Below are positions 62,453 to 64,000 of a stretch of 64,000 nucleotides of DNA, piece after piece (the stretch's first letter is position 1; each line of letters begins with the position of its first letter). Origin of the DNA: Ktedonobacterales bacterium. Its GTDB lineage: Bacteria; Chloroflexota; Ktedonobacteria; Ktedonobacterales; JADMIN01. The DNA lies in contig CP126532.1 of NCBI GenBank assembly GCA_030167145.1, forward strand, positions 4,675,189 to 4,739,188. Direction: 5' to 3'. The translations under genes and the position numbers were made by a program. The notes under the pieces were generated by a model. That model had not been told where the DNA came from, did not search any database, and was given only the letters and a program-made list of their open reading frames with translations.

Positions 62453-64000
62453 ATGGCGAAAAATCTGGTGATTGTCGAATCGCCTGCTAAGGCGAAGACG
62501 ATAGAGAAGTTTCTCGGCAGCGATTTCGAGGTGCGTGCCTCGATGGGCCATATTCTGGACCTGCCCAAAAAGGGCATTGGTGTGGATACCCGCAAAGATT
62601 TCGCGCCGAAGTATGTGGTGATCGAAAAGAAAGATCACTTGATTCAAGATTTGAAGACCGCGAGCAAAAAAGCTGATGTCGTCTACCTCGCGCCCGACCC
62701 AGACCGCGAGGGCGAATTCATCGCGTGGTCGCTCAAGAAGTTGCTGGGGCTGCGCCAGCCGCGCCGTGCGGTCTTCAACGAAATTACGAAGAAGGCGGTG
62801 CAGGACGCCATCGCTCACCCGCGCAGCATTGATGAGGATCTCTTCAATGCACAGCAGGCCCGCCGCGTGCTCGACCGGCTTGTCGGCTACAAGATCAGCC
62901 CTTTGCTCTGGCGGCGGGTGCAGTCTGGCACCAGCGCTGGGCGCGTGCAGTCCGTCGCGTTGCGGCTGATCTGCGAGCGTGAGGCAGAGATTCGCGCGTT
63001 CGTGCCTGAAGAATACTGGACGATTATCGCGACACTGAGCCAGTCCGGGCAGAGGGCCACGTTTGAAGCGCAGCTTGTTGGGCAGCGCGATGGCGTCAGC
63101 GCGGACGATGTGGAGACGGAAGAGGACGCACAGAGCGACAGCGTCGAGGGGCGCGGAGCGCCCGCGCGTGGCAAGTTCCGTGTCACGTCGGGAGAGCAGG
63201 CGCAGGCAATTCTGCGCGCGCTGGATGGTGCGACCTATCGTGTGTTGCGGGTTGCGCGCAAAGATGTGCGGCGGCAACCATTCTTGCCGTACAACACCAG
63301 TTCGATGCAGCAAGACGCATCGGTGCGGCTGCGCTTCAAGCCAAAGAAGACGATGAGCCTGGCGCAGGGCTTGTACGAGGGTATCGAGCTTGGCGCGGCT
63401 GGGCATCAGGGTCTGATCACCTACATGCGTACCGACTCCACCCGCGTCTCCACCGAGGCGCAGTCGGCGGTCAAGCACTATATCGAACAGAGTTTTGGCA
63501 AGGAGTACGTTGGCGCGGGGCGAACGGCGAAGGCCAAGGCCAACGTGCAGGACGCCCATGAGGCGGTGCGCCCGACCGATGTCAATCTGACGCCAGACCA
63601 AGTCAAGCCGTATCTCAGCGCCGACCAATTCAAACTCTATCAGTTGATTTGGCGGCGGTTCGTCGCGGCGTTCATGGCGCCGGCAGTCTTTGATACCGTG
63701 CGTGTGGATATTGGCGCGGGCGAGTATCTCTTCCGGGCGAATGGCTCAGTGGTCAAGTTTATGGGGTTCTACGCGGTCTGGCCGCGTGAAGACGATGGCA
63801 CAACACTGCCATCACTCAGCGATGGCGAGCCGCTGGATCTGCACAAACTCACTCCTGGGCAGCACTTCACACAGCCTCCCGCGCGCTACAACGAGGCGAG
63901 TCTGATCAAGGAGCTGGAAGAGCGTGGCATCGGGCGGCCAAGCACCTACGTGAGCATCGTCAGCACGGTGCAGGATCGTGGCTATGTGGAGCAGCAGGAG
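62453..64000 (+). CDS. topA: DNA topoisomerase I (3' end outside the window)
   Basis: MAKNLVIVESPAKAKTIEKFLGSDFEVRASMGHILDLP (Toprim domain) and later YEGIEL...GLITYMRTDS. The frame is open from 62453 to the window edge, so it is absent from the supplied ORF track. Confidence 0.95.
   Translation, partial: MAKNLVIVESPAKAKTIEKFLGSDFEVRASMGHILDLPKKGIGVDTRKDFAPKYVVIEKKDHLIQDLKTASKKADVVYLAPDPDREGEFIAWSLKKLLGLRQPRRAVFNEITKKAVQDAIAHPRSIDEDLFNAQQARRVLDRLVGYKISPLLWRRVQSGTSAGRVQSVALRLICEREAEIRAFVPEEYWTIIATLSQSGQRATFEAQLVGQRDGVSADDVETEEDAQSDSVEGRGAPARGKFRVTSGEQAQAILRALDGATYRVLRVARKDVRRQPFLPYNTSSMQQDASVRLRFKPKKTMSLAQGLYEGIELGAAGHQGLITYMRTDSTRVSTEAQSAVKHYIEQSFGKEYVGAGRTAKAKANVQDAHEAVRPTDVNLTPDQVKPYLSADQFKLYQLIWRRFVAAFMAPAVFDTVRVDIGAGEYLFRANGSVVKFMGFYAVWPREDDGTTLPSLSDGEPLDLHKLTPGQHFTQPPARYNEASLIKELEERGIGRPSTYVSIVSTVQDRGYVEQQE

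Noticed and set aside
1-64000. Scan for tRNA, rRNA, tmRNA, RNase P RNA, SRP RNA and CRISPR arrays
   Set aside because: I found no T-loop-type GGTTCGAATCC-like motif in a cloverleaf context in intergenic regions. No conserved rRNA, RNase P or SRP signature strings and no regularly spaced direct repeats were seen. The scan was by eye only, so small RNAs cannot be excluded.

Overview
GC-rich bacterial chromosomal segment (third codon positions are mostly G/C). The gene content is Chloroflexota- or Actinomycetota-like, but that is a low-confidence inference. I support about 50 protein genes. I saw no rRNA, tRNA or CRISPR array. Most of the window is core metabolism and maintenance: coaX, acyl-CoA dehydrogenase, prs, pfkA, holA, scpA, nadK, recN, rsfS, a partial topA, an ECF transporter module and a polar amino-acid ABC transporter. 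A putrescine-type catabolic cluster is also present (patA-like aminotransferase, saccharopine-dehydrogenase-like gene, aldehyde dehydrogenase). Five accessory or unusual loci stand out. (1) A translationally coupled minus-strand operon at 50.4-55.9 kb encodes a sigma-70 region-4 protein, an XRE-like HTH protein, and a 1357-aa fusion of ImmA/IrrE metallopeptidase, UvrD helicase and a Cas4/AddB-like Fe-S domain. A 1007-aa FtsX-type permease with no ATPase partner follows it. This is my best candidate for an undescribed signalling or immunity system. (2) An IS200/IS605-type element at about 9.96-11.44 kb carries an apparently intact TnpB. In place of a TnpA transposase it has a ribbon-helix-helix gene, which has a leaderless-type promoter and a GTGA overlap with tnpB. 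(3) A lower-GC two-gene module at 20.5-21.2 kb pairs a small protein with an HNH endonuclease. (4) A free-standing archaeal-type ThrRS editing-domain homologue lies at 19.98-20.39 kb. (5) An approximately 880-nt lower-GC region at 27.4-28.3 kb has no convincing gene. The supplied ORF track misses topA because it runs off the 3' edge, and it contains many long antisense shadow ORFs typical of GC-rich DNA. All functional calls rest on motif recognition by eye and need database confirmation.
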